A DNA stretch of 7,875 nt, taken from the NCBI GenBank assembly GCA_000004985.1, contig GG739100.1; one strand, 5' to 3'. Every line of letters begins with the position of its first letter. Positions within the stretch are counted from its first letter, which is position 1. Positions 1 to 7,649 of the stretch are shown one piece after another. The notes under the pieces are model-generated. The model was not told where the DNA came from. It searched no databases and saw only the letters and a program-made list of their open reading frames with translations. The position numbers and the translations under genes are program-made. This stretch comes from Naegleria gruberi (taxonomy: Eukaryota).

Positions 1-37
1 ATAACGTGTGCTGTTCCGTATAGTCTCTATGAGTATA

Positions 38-64
38 CAACAACAACAACAACAAACAACAAAA
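38..64. repeat. (CAA)6 microsatellite followed by a CAA/A-rich tail (acaacaaaa)
   Basis: A perfect (CAA)6 read directly from the sequence at 38-55, then acaacaaaa. Confidence 0.9.
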
Positions 65-379
65 TAACACTCCTAATATCGCGATAGATACGATTCAACA
101 ATGTGTATGTTGAGGTGTAGAGTATTAGTAAATGTACAAGGGATTGTGTGGTTTTATTTTTTTGCTGCTTGGAACAAAATAATGGAAAAGGCGAACGGTC
201 TTTGCAAATTCATTCCTTATTGGATCTTGAGACAGACAAATTTGTGGAGTGAGCATTTTACGTAAAGCTTTACTGTCGAACACATTTGAAGACATTTAAC
301 GTTGTTGCTTGAAAATTGAAAGATTATAATGAATGAACGGTAGAGTATTATTCTAAATGTGTTGAAATTGTTACCTTAA

Positions 380-487
380 TAAAAAATTCAAATGATATAT
401 CATGTTTGAGAATTGAAAATGAATCTTGAACAGAGAAAGAAGAAATTATGACATGATTTCAATGTAGAAACACAATGTTCTCTATCT
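380..487 (-). terminator. probable OYE 3' UTR / polyadenylation region (yeast-type AT-rich signals; ATATAT at 395-400; A-rich tracts)
   Basis: An AT-rich stretch directly downstream of the minus-strand stop codon with a TATATA-type efficiency element about 90 nt from the stop. This is weak, motif-level evidence only. Confidence 0.25.
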
Positions 488-1603
488 TTATTTTCTTGGG
501 AATGCAAACATGTATTGAGGAGGAACAGCGACTGGGTAATCCAAATCTTGAGCAGCTCTAATTGGCCAGTAAGGATCATTCAAATCTTGTCTTCCAATTA
601 ATACTAAATCTGCCTTTCCATCCTTCACTAAATCATTAGCAAATTTAGCTTCCACTATTTTACCAACTGCACCAGTGGCCAATCCATCAACTGATTTCTT
701 GACGCCCTCAGAGAATGGAACTTGATAACCTTGCACAATTCCAATTGGTGAAATTTTGGCTTTGGCATTATTACCACCAGATGAACAGTCCAACAAGTCA
801 ACTCCAGAATCACGTAAAATCTTTGCTAGCTCTGTAGTGTCTTTCATGGTCCAGCCCTCTTCACCAACGTATTCATCAGCTGAAACTCTGACAAATAATG
901 GCATTTCAGTTGGAATATTCTCTCTAATTCTTTGAACAATTTCAATCAAGAATCTAATACGATTTTCGAATGATCCACCATAAGCATCAGTTCTTTGATT
1001 TGAAGTTGGTGAAAGGAATGAGGAAATTAAATATCCGTGAGCTCCATGAATTTCAATAACATCAAATCCTGCCTTAACAGCTCTCTTAGCAGCATCCACA
1101 AATTGTTGAATCACTTCTTGAATTTGTTCAATGGACAATTCTGCAGGAACTTTGTGATTATCATCAAATGCAATTGGAGATGGACCAATAACGTCCCATC
1201 CTCCTTCTTCGTTTGTCAATGCTTTTCTTCCTAGAGCTTCCCACAATCTTCCAGTTGATGCCTTTCTACCAGCATGACCTATTTGTATTCCGATATGTCC
1301 ACCCTGTTCGTGTGTAAATTGACAAATTTTAGACAACATGTCAACATGTTCATCTTTGTAAATTCCTAAACATCCTGGTGAAATTCTACCAATATCCGAA
1401 ACACCAGTGGCTTCTACAATAAATAAACCAGCTCCACCTACAATTCTACTGCCAATATGTTGAACATGCCAGAAATTAGCAAATCCATCAACCGATGAGT
1501 ACTGACACATTGGGGAGACGACAATACGATTCTTTAAAGTCAATCCTCTAATTTTGAATGGTTGAAAGAGTGGAGGAACGGATGAGATATCTTGTGCTGA
1601 CAT
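488..1603 (-). CDS. Old Yellow Enzyme family NADPH dehydrogenase / NADH:flavin oxidoreductase, YqjM/NamA-like (class II 'thermophilic-like' OYE), intron-less, 371 aa
   Basis: Complete ORF. The ATG is the complement of 1601-1603, preceded on the coding strand by aaaaaaaATGTCA, a strong yeast Kozak context. The TAA is the complement of 488-490. The translation carries the OYE hallmarks: SPMCQYSS (the Cys/Tyr pair typical of YqjM-type enzymes, where class I OYEs have Thr), GIQIGHAGRKA, GFDVIEIHGAHGYLISSFLSPTSNQRTDAYGGSFENRIRFL, PLFVRVSADEY, GVDLLDCSSGG, GYQVPF, ADLVLIGR, and a C-terminal QY…PRK Arg-finger-like tail. From memory it is block-by-block collinear with Bacillus subtilis YqjM. Codon usage is host-like, with no CTG codons. 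Confidence 0.9.
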   Translation of the reverse strand: MSAQDISSVPPLFQPFKIRGLTLKNRIVVSPMCQYSSVDGFANFWHVQHIGSRIVGGAGLFIVEATGVSDIGRISPGCLGIYKDEHVDMLSKICQFTHEQGGHIGIQIGHAGRKASTGRLWEALGRKALTNEEGGWDVIGPSPIAFDDNHKVPAELSIEQIQEVIQQFVDAAKRAVKAGFDVIEIHGAHGYLISSFLSPTSNQRTDAYGGSFENRIRFLIEIVQRIRENIPTEMPLFVRVSADEYVGEEGWTMKDTTELAKILRDSGVDLLDCSSGGNNAKAKISPIGIVQGYQVPFSEGVKKSVDGLATGAVGKIVEAKFANDLVKDGKADLVLIGRQDLNDPYWPIRAAQDLDYPVAVPPQYMFAFPRK

Positions 1604-1617
1604 TTTTTTAATGGTTG
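1603..1617. repeat. target-site duplication, left copy (tttttttaatggttg); overlaps the OYE start codon by 1 nt
   Basis: An exact 15/15 match to 7170-7184. Similarity stops immediately outside the repeat (gctgaca vs taaaaga, only 2 of 7 positions match). Confidence 0.65.
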
Positions 1618-4600
1618 NNNNNNNNNNNNNNNNNNNNNNNNNNNNNNNNNNNNNNNNNNNNNNNNNNNNNNNNNNNNNNNNNNNNNNNNNNNNNNNNNNN
1701 NNNNNNNNNNNNNNNNNNNNNNNNNNNNNNNNNNNNNNNNNNNNNNNNNNNNNNNNNNNNNNNNNNNNNNNNNNNNNNNNNNNNNNNNNNNNNNNNNNNN
1801 NNNNNNNNNNNNNNNNNNNNNNNNNNNNNNNNNNNNNNNNNNNNNNNNNNNNNNNNNNNNNNNNNNNNNNNNNNNNNNNNNNNNNNNNNNNNNNNNNNNN
1901 NNNNNNNNNNNNNNNNNNNNNNNNNNNNNNNNNNNNNNNNNNNNNNNNNNNNNNNNNNNNNNNNNNNNNNNNNNNNNNNNNNNNNNNNNNNNNNNNNNNN
2001 NNNNNNNNNNNNNNNNNNNNNNNNNNNNNNNNNNNNNNNNNNNNNNNNNNNNNNNNNNNNNNNNNNNNNNNNNNNNNNNNNNNNNNNNNNNNNNNNNNNN
2101 NNNNNNNNNNNNNNNNNNNNNNNNNNNNNNNNNNNNNNNNNNNNNNNNNNNNNNNNNNNNNNNNNNNNNNNNNNNNNNNNNNNNNNNNNNNNNNNNNNNN
2201 NNNNNNNNNNNNNNNNNNNNNNNNNNNNNNNNNNNNNNNNNNNNNNNNNNNNNNNNNNNNNNNNNNNNNNNNNNNNNNNNNNNNNNNNNNNNNNNNNNNN
2301 NNNNNNNNNNNNNNNNNNNNNNNNNNNNNNNNNNNNNNNNNNNNNNNNNNNNNNNNNNNNNNNNNNNNNNNNNNNNNNNNNNNNNNNNNNNNNNNNNNNN
2401 NNNNNNNNNNNNNNNNNNNNNNNNNNNNNNNNNNNNNNNNNNNNNNNNNNNNNNNNNNNNNNNNNNNNNNNNNNNNNNNNNNNNNNNNNNNNNNNNNNNN
2501 NNNNNNNNNNNNNNNNNNNNNNNNNNNNNNNNNNNNNNNNNNNNNNNNNNNNNNNNNNNNNNNNNNNNNNNNNNNNNNNNNNNNNNNNNNNNNNNNNNNN
2601 NNNNNNNNNNNNNNNNNNNNNNNNNNNNNNNNNNNNNNNNNNNNNNNNNNNNNNNNNNNNNNNNNNNNNNNNNNNNNNNNNNNNNNNNNNNNNNNNNNNN
2701 NNNNNNNNNNNNNNNNNNNNNNNNNNNNNNNNNNNNNNNNNNNNNNNNNNNNNNNNNNNNNNNNNNNNNNNNNNNNNNNNNNNNNNNNNNNNNNNNNNNN
2801 NNNNNNNNNNNNNNNNNNNNNNNNNNNNNNNNNNNNNNNNNNNNNNNNNNNNNNNNNNNNNNNNNNNNNNNNNNNNNNNNNNNNNNNNNNNNNNNNNNNN
2901 NNNNNNNNNNNNNNNNNNNNNNNNNNNNNNNNNNNNNNNNNNNNNNNNNNNNNNNNNNNNNNNNNNNNNNNNNNNNNNNNNNNNNNNNNNNNNNNNNNNN
3001 NNNNNNNNNNNNNNNNNNNNNNNNNNNNNNNNNNNNNNNNNNNNNNNNNNNNNNNNNNNNNNNNNNNNNNNNNNNNNNNNNNNNNNNNNNNNNNNNNNNN
3101 NNNNNNNNNNNNNNNNNNNNNNNNNNNNNNNNNNNNNNNNNNNNNNNNNNNNNNNNNNNNNNNNNNNNNNNNNNNNNNNNNNNNNNNNNNNNNNNNNNNN
3201 NNNNNNNNNNNNNNNNNNNNNNNNNNNNNNNNNNNNNNNNNNNNNNNNNNNNNNNNNNNNNNNNNNNNNNNNNNNNNNNNNNNNNNNNNNNNNNNNNNNN
3301 NNNNNNNNNNNNNNNNNNNNNNNNNNNNNNNNNNNNNNNNNNNNNNNNNNNNNNNNNNNNNNNNNNNNNNNNNNNNNNNNNNNNNNNNNNNNNNNNNNNN
3401 NNNNNNNNNNNNNNNNNNNNNNNNNNNNNNNNNNNNNNNNNNNNNNNNNNNNNNNNNNNNNNNNNNNNNNNNNNNNNNNNNNNNNNNNNNNNNNNNNNNN
3501 NNNNNNNNNNNNNNNNNNNNNNNNNNNNNNNNNNNNNNNNNNNNNNNNNNNNNNNNNNNNNNNNNNNNNNNNNNNNNNNNNNNNNNNNNNNNNNNNNNNN
3601 NNNNNNNNNNNNNNNNNNNNNNNNNNNNNNNNNNNNNNNNNNNNNNNNNNNNNNNNNNNNNNNNNNNNNNNNNNNNNNNNNNNNNNNNNNNNNNNNNNNN
3701 NNNNNNNNNNNNNNNNNNNNNNNNNNNNNNNNNNNNNNNNNNNNNNNNNNNNNNNNNNNNNNNNNNNNNNNNNNNNNNNNNNNNNNNNNNNNNNNNNNNN
3801 NNNNNNNNNNNNNNNNNNNNNNNNNNNNNNNNNNNNNNNNNNNNNNNNNNNNNNNNNNNNNNNNNNNNNNNNNNNNNNNNNNNNNNNNNNNNNNNNNNNN
3901 NNNNNNNNNNNNNNNNNNNNNNNNNNNNNNNNNNNNNNNNNNNNNNNNNNNNNNNNNNNNNNNNNNNNNNNNNNNNNNNNNNNNNNNNNNNNNNNNNNNN
4001 NNNNNNNNNNNNNNNNNNNNNNNNNNNNNNNNNNNNNNNNNNNNNNNNNNNNNNNNNNNNNNNNNNNNNNNNNNNNNNNNNNNNNNNNNNNNNNNNNNNN
4101 NNNNNNNNNNNNNNNNNNNNNNNNNNNNNNNNNNNNNNNNNNNNNNNNNNNNNNNNNNNNNNNNNNNNNNNNNNNNNNNNNNNNNNNNNNNNNNNNNNNN
4201 NNNNNNNNNNNNNNNNNNNNNNNNNNNNNNNNNNNNNNNNNNNNNNNNNNNNNNNNNNNNNNNNNNNNNNNNNNNNNNNNNNNNNNNNNNNNNNNNNNNN
4301 NNNNNNNNNNNNNNNNNNNNNNNNNNNNNNNNNNNNNNNNNNNNNNNNNNNNNNNNNNNNNNNNNNNNNNNNNNNNNNNNNNNNNNNNNNNNNNNNNNNN
4401 NNNNNNNNNNNNNNNNNNNNNNNNNNNNNNNNNNNNNNNNNNNNNNNNNNNNNNNNNNNNNNNNNNNNNNNNNNNNNNNNNNNNNNNNNNNNNNNNNNNN
4501 NNNNNNNNNNNNNNNNNNNNNNNNNNNNNNNNNNNNNNNNNNNNNNNNNNNNNNNNNNNNNNNNNNNNNNNNNNNNNNNNNNNNNNNNNNNNNNNNNNNN

Positions 4601-6454
4601 NNNNNNNNNNNNNNNNNNNNNNNNNNNNNNNNNNNNNNNNNNNNNNNNNNNNNNNNNNNNNNNNNNNNNNNNNNNNNNNNNNNNNNNNNNNNNNNNNNNN
4701 NNNNNNNNNNNNNNNNNNNNNNNNNNNNNNNNNNNNNNNNNNNNNNNNNNNNNNNNNNNNNNNNNNNNNNNNNNNNNNNNNNNNNNNNNNNNNNNNNNNN
4801 NNNNNNNNNNNNNNNNNNNNNNNNNNNNNNNNNNNNNNNNNNNNNNNNNNNNNNNNNNNNNNNNNNNNNNNNNNNNNNNNNNNNNNNNNNNNNNNNNNNN
4901 NNNNNNNNNNNNNNNNNNNNNNNNNNNNNNNNNNNNNNNNNNNNNNNNNNNNNNNNNNNNNNNNNNNNNNNNNNNNNNNNNNNNNNNNNNNNNNNNNNNN
5001 NNNNNNNNNNNNNNNNNNNNNNNNNNNNNNNNNNNNNNNNNNNNNNNNNNNNNNNNNNNNNNNNNNNNNNNNNNNNNNNNNNNNNNNNNNNNNNNNNNNN
5101 NNNNNNNNNNNNNNNNNNNNNNNNNNNNNNNNNNNNNNNNNNNNNNNNNNNNNNNNNNNNNNNNNNNNNNNNNNNNNNNNNNNNNNNNNNNNNNNNNNNN
5201 NNNNNNNNNNNNNNNNNNNNNNNNNNNNNNNNNNNNNNNNNNNNNNNNNNNNNNNNNNNNNNNNNNNNNNNNNNNNNNNNNNNNNNNNNNNNNNNNNNNN
5301 NNNNNNNNNNNNNNNNNNNNNNNNNNNNNNNNNNNNNNNNNNNNNNNNNNNNNNNNNNNNNNNNNNNNNNNNNNNNNNNNNNNNNNNNNNNNNNNNNNNN
5401 NNNNNNNNNNNNNNNNNNNNNNNNNNNNNNNNNNNNNNNNNNNNNNNNNNNNNNNNNNNNNNNNNNNNNNNNNNNNNNNNNNNNNNNNNNNNNNNNNNNN
5501 NNNNNNNNNNNNNNNNNNNNNNNNNNNNNNNNNNNNNNNNNNNNNNNNNNNNNNNNNNNNNNNNNNNNNNNNNNNNNNNNNNNNNNNNNNNNNNNNNNNN
5601 NNNNNNNNNNNNNNNNNNNNNNNNNNNNNNNNNNNNNNNNNNNNNNNNNNNNNNNNNNNNNNNNNNNNNNNNNNNNNNNNNNNNNNNNNNNNNNNNNNNN
5701 NNNNNNNNNNNNNNNNNNNNNNNNNNNNNNNNNNNNNNNNNNNNNNNNNNNNNNNNNNNNNNNNNNNNNNNNNNNNNNNNNNNNNNNNNNNNNNNNNNNN
5801 NNNNNNNNNNNNNNNNNNNNNNNNNNNNNNNNNNNNNNNNNNNNNNNNNNNNNNNNNNNNNNNNNNNNNNNNNNNNNNNNNNNNNNNNNNNNNNNNNNNN
5901 NNNNNNNNNNNNNNNNNNNNNNNNNNNNNNNNNNNNNNNNNNNNNNNNNNNNNNNNNNNNNNNNNNNNNNNNNNNNNNNNNNNNNNNNNNNNNNNNNNNN
6001 NNNNNNNNNNNNNNNNNNNNNNNNNNNNNNNNNNNNNNNNNNNNNNNNNNNNNNNNNNNNNNNNNNNNNNNNNNNNNNNNNNNNNNNNNNNNNNNNNNNN
6101 NNNNNNNNNNNNNNNNNNNNNNNNNNNNNNNNNNNNNNNNNNNNNNNNNNNNNNNNNNNNNNNNNNNNNNNNNNNNNNNNNNNNNNNNNNNNNNNNNNNN
6201 NNNNNNNNNNNNNNNNNNNNNNNNNNNNNNNNNNNNNNNNNNNNNNNNNNNNNNNNNNNNNNNNNNNNNNNNNNNNNNNNNNNNNNNNNNNNNNNNNNNN
6301 NNNNNNNNNNNNNNNNNNNNNNNNNNNNNNNNNNNNNNNNNNNNNNNNNNNNNNNNNNNNNNNNNNNNNNNNNNNNNNNNNNNNNNNNNNNNNNNNNNNN
6401 NNNNNNNNNNNNNNNNNNNNNNNNNNNNNNNNNNNNNNNNNNNNNNNNNNNNNN
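1618..6454. other. assembly gap / masked block (4,837 N)
   Basis: An uninterrupted run of n. The non-round length suggests a scaffold gap of estimated size. Every X-filled ORF in the track (1540..6474-, 1608..6458-, 1611..6467+, and the N part of 1615..7116+) is an artifact of translating N. Confidence 1.
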
Positions 6455-6456
6455 TC

Positions 6457-7116
6457 AAGAAAGTTGAAGCTCATAAGGATAAGGAAAATATCAAAGTTGA
6501 TTTATTGGCAAAGAATGCAACTCTGAAACCTAAAATCTTTGATATCCGTAAACTACTCTTTAATCAATATATCCTCACAAAGAACGATATTATAATCTTT
6601 GACTATAAGAGGTTAACTACCTCACAACATTTAAGGATAATGCTTGACAAGATAGAGAGTCACCCCAATCACATACCTAACCTAGATTGGAACTCTATCA
6701 ACGTCAGCTACCTTAAATCCCATTTGTCTCCTAAATCTAAATATTATATTTGGAGAAACTCTTCAAATGCCCACATCAATTTTGGTGAGGGTAAAAGTTT
6801 CTGTCATGATTGTAACACAGAATCTGACCTTAATCACTATATTCATGAATGCCCTGCTCTGGATAGTGCCAGATACTTTTGCTTGTCAAAAATATCTGAT
6901 ATTCTTGATCAGAGAGAGTGTAAACTCACTCATATTCAATTCAGACCAGAAAAGCATCACCATGTACTCTTCTTCCACCATTCTGGAACCACATTCTTCG
7001 AAGATGGATACGTACAACAATACCCAGACATTGCAGAGAAATGGCCTGAGATTCAGGGAGCCATTTCTAACTTTGTCGGCCGCTCCTATAGATATTATTA
7101 TATTGACTCAATGTAA
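6457..7116 (+). CDS. 3' fragment (219 codons + stop) of LINE ORF2: end of RNase H domain followed by a CCHC zinc knuckle and a ~90-aa C-terminal tail; 5' part lies in the gap
   Basis: The frame is open from the first non-N base to TAA at 7114-7116. KKVEAHKDKENIKVDLLAKNA matches the RNase H C-terminal signature (H…N-x-x-[AV]-D-x-LAK-x-A). CHDCNTESDLNHYIHEC is C-X2-C-X7-H-X4-C, the zinc knuckle found at the C-terminal end of ORF2 in many non-LTR retrotransposon clades. It is not the HHCC finger of an integrase. The fragment contains two CTG codons (6523-6525, 6859-6861). Confidence 0.75.
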   Translation, partial: KKVEAHKDKENIKVDLLAKNATLKPKIFDIRKLLFNQYILTKNDIIIFDYKRLTTSQHLRIMLDKIESHPNHIPNLDWNSINVSYLKSHLSPKSKYYIWRNSSNAHINFGEGKSFCHDCNTESDLNHYIHECPALDSARYFCLSKISDILDQRECKLTHIQFRPEKHHHVLFFHHSGTTFFEDGYVQQYPDIAEKWPEIQGAISNFVGRSYRYYYIDSM

Positions 7117-7169
7117 ATTTACAAATTCAAAGAGAATCTGAATAGATTCGTTATTATTGCAATAAAAGA
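7117..7169 (+). other. LINE 3' UTR (53 bp) containing AATAAA (7161-7166); no appreciable poly(A) or simple-repeat tail before the TSD
   Basis: This is the sequence between the ORF2 stop codon and the right TSD copy. Confidence 0.5.
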
Positions 7170-7184
7170 TTTTTTTAATGGTTG
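7170..7184. repeat. target-site duplication, right copy (tttttttaatggttg)
   Basis: An exact 15/15 match to 1603-1617. It lies directly after the LINE 3' UTR, which ends …gcaataaaaga. Confidence 0.65.
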
Positions 7185-7440
7185 TTGAGTGAATTGAGTG
7201 CGACAGAGATTATTGTTGAAAACTATTTATTTCATAGAGAGAGTTGATGAAAATGCGTCCTTTCTTGTTGTGAAGTTCCAAACTATTAGCAGAGGAAGCA
7301 TAAATCATCTGGTGAGGTTGCACAATTATTATCTTACGACTTTGTGCGTTTCAACAAAGTTTCCGAGACTTTCCGACTAGGTTGAAGATAACAAACTTCC
7401 GATACTAAATTATTTCAACTTTATACAAACAATAGCAATT
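7185..7440 (-). promoter_or_regulatory. displaced native 5' flank/promoter of the OYE gene: TATAAAG (minus strand, 7425..7419), tandem TTTCCGA at 7360-7366 and 7370-7376 (10-bp phase), tandem TTGAGTG/CACTCAA at 7185-7191 and 7194-7200
   Basis: If the element and one TSD copy are removed, 7185 onward becomes contiguous with the OYE ATG. The TATA box would then sit about 250 bp upstream of the ATG, and the CACTCAA repeats would lie in the 5' leader. This is inference from the TSD geometry and there are no expression data. Confidence 0.3.
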
Positions 7441-7649
7441 TTACTCAATCATCATGTTGAATATCATGCAAAGATCACACCCCAATCAAAACCTCTTTAT
7501 TCCCTCATCAATTCCATCACCAAAACATTCAATCTTAATACATATTGCAACAAATATTAAATAAATTGAAAAAAATGAAAAACCACAAACACCCATTTAT
7601 TTTTTGTTGGTAAAATTTGCAGAGCATGAAGGATTTGTTAGTAGATAGA

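Larger units (their letters stand above)
1618..7169 (+). mobile_element. non-LTR (LINE) retrotransposon insertion, ~5.5 kb if the gap size is accurate; only the 3' 715 bp is sequenced (ORF2 C-terminus plus a 53-bp 3' UTR)
   Basis: A 15-bp exact direct repeat at 1603-1617 and 7170-7184 brackets the gap plus the RNase H/CCHC ORF fragment. The element ends 53 bp after its stop codon with no LTR. The length fits a full-length LINE. The left contig stops exactly at the repeat boundary, as expected where an assembler meets a dispersed repeat. Confidence 0.6.

Noticed and set aside
101-274. 58-codon plus-strand ORF (MCMLRCRVLVNVQGIVWFYFFAAWNKIMEKANGLCKFIPYWILRQTNLWSEHFT) downstream of the CAA repeat
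   Set aside because: It is below the ORF-track threshold, has no motif, and lies in the 3' intergenic region of OYE. It is probably non-coding.
1037-1234. 65-aa plus-strand ORF antisense to the OYE gene
   Set aside because: It is fully embedded antisense within a strongly supported CDS. Its composition is low-complexity Ser/Asn/Phe-rich and it has no motif, so it is a chance antisense frame.
488-1603. OYE gene as bacterial contamination in the assembly
   Set aside because: Codon usage is yeast-like (AGA, TTG/TTA, CAA; no CTG). The start context is a yeast Kozak A-run. The flanks are AT-rich eukaryotic-type sequence contiguous with a eukaryotic LINE.
1540-7116. Giant ORFs of 1,616-1,833 aa on both strands consisting almost entirely of X (1540..6474-, 1608..6458-, 1611..6467+, 1615..7116+)
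   Set aside because: They arise because N codons never produce stops. Their 'start codons' (the atg at 1611-1613, the ttg at 1615-1617) lie inside the TSD 15-mer. Only the 6457-7116 tail of the + frame is real coding sequence.
6767-7141. 124-aa plus-strand ORF overlapping the LINE ORF2 tail in another frame and running past its stop
   Set aside because: It is an alternative frame of a region already explained by the RNase H/CCHC frame, which carries recognisable domain signatures. This frame has none.
6455-7184. Alternative reading as the pol terminus of an LTR retrotransposon (RNase H followed by integrase, or Ty1/copia RNase H at the pol end)
   Set aside because: The zinc motif is CCHC (C-X2-C-X7-H-X4-C), not an integrase HHCC finger, and the ORF ends about 90 aa later. 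No LTR or PPT follows the stop; only 53 bp precede the repeat. A 15-bp TSD is far longer than the 4-6 bp made by LTR-element integrases.
7361-7376. GGAAAGTC on the minus strand, resembling the RNase P RNA CR-I motif (GGAAAGUCCGG)
   Set aside because: The match breaks at the critical CC (TCT here). There is no CR-V partner or surrounding GC-rich helices. The repeat is better explained as part of the tandem TTTCCGA promoter motif.
7198-7380. 60-aa plus-strand ORF in the displaced OYE promoter region
   Set aside because: It is short, has no recognisable motif, and lies in what geometry indicates is the OYE 5' flank. It is at or below chance length for AT-rich DNA.
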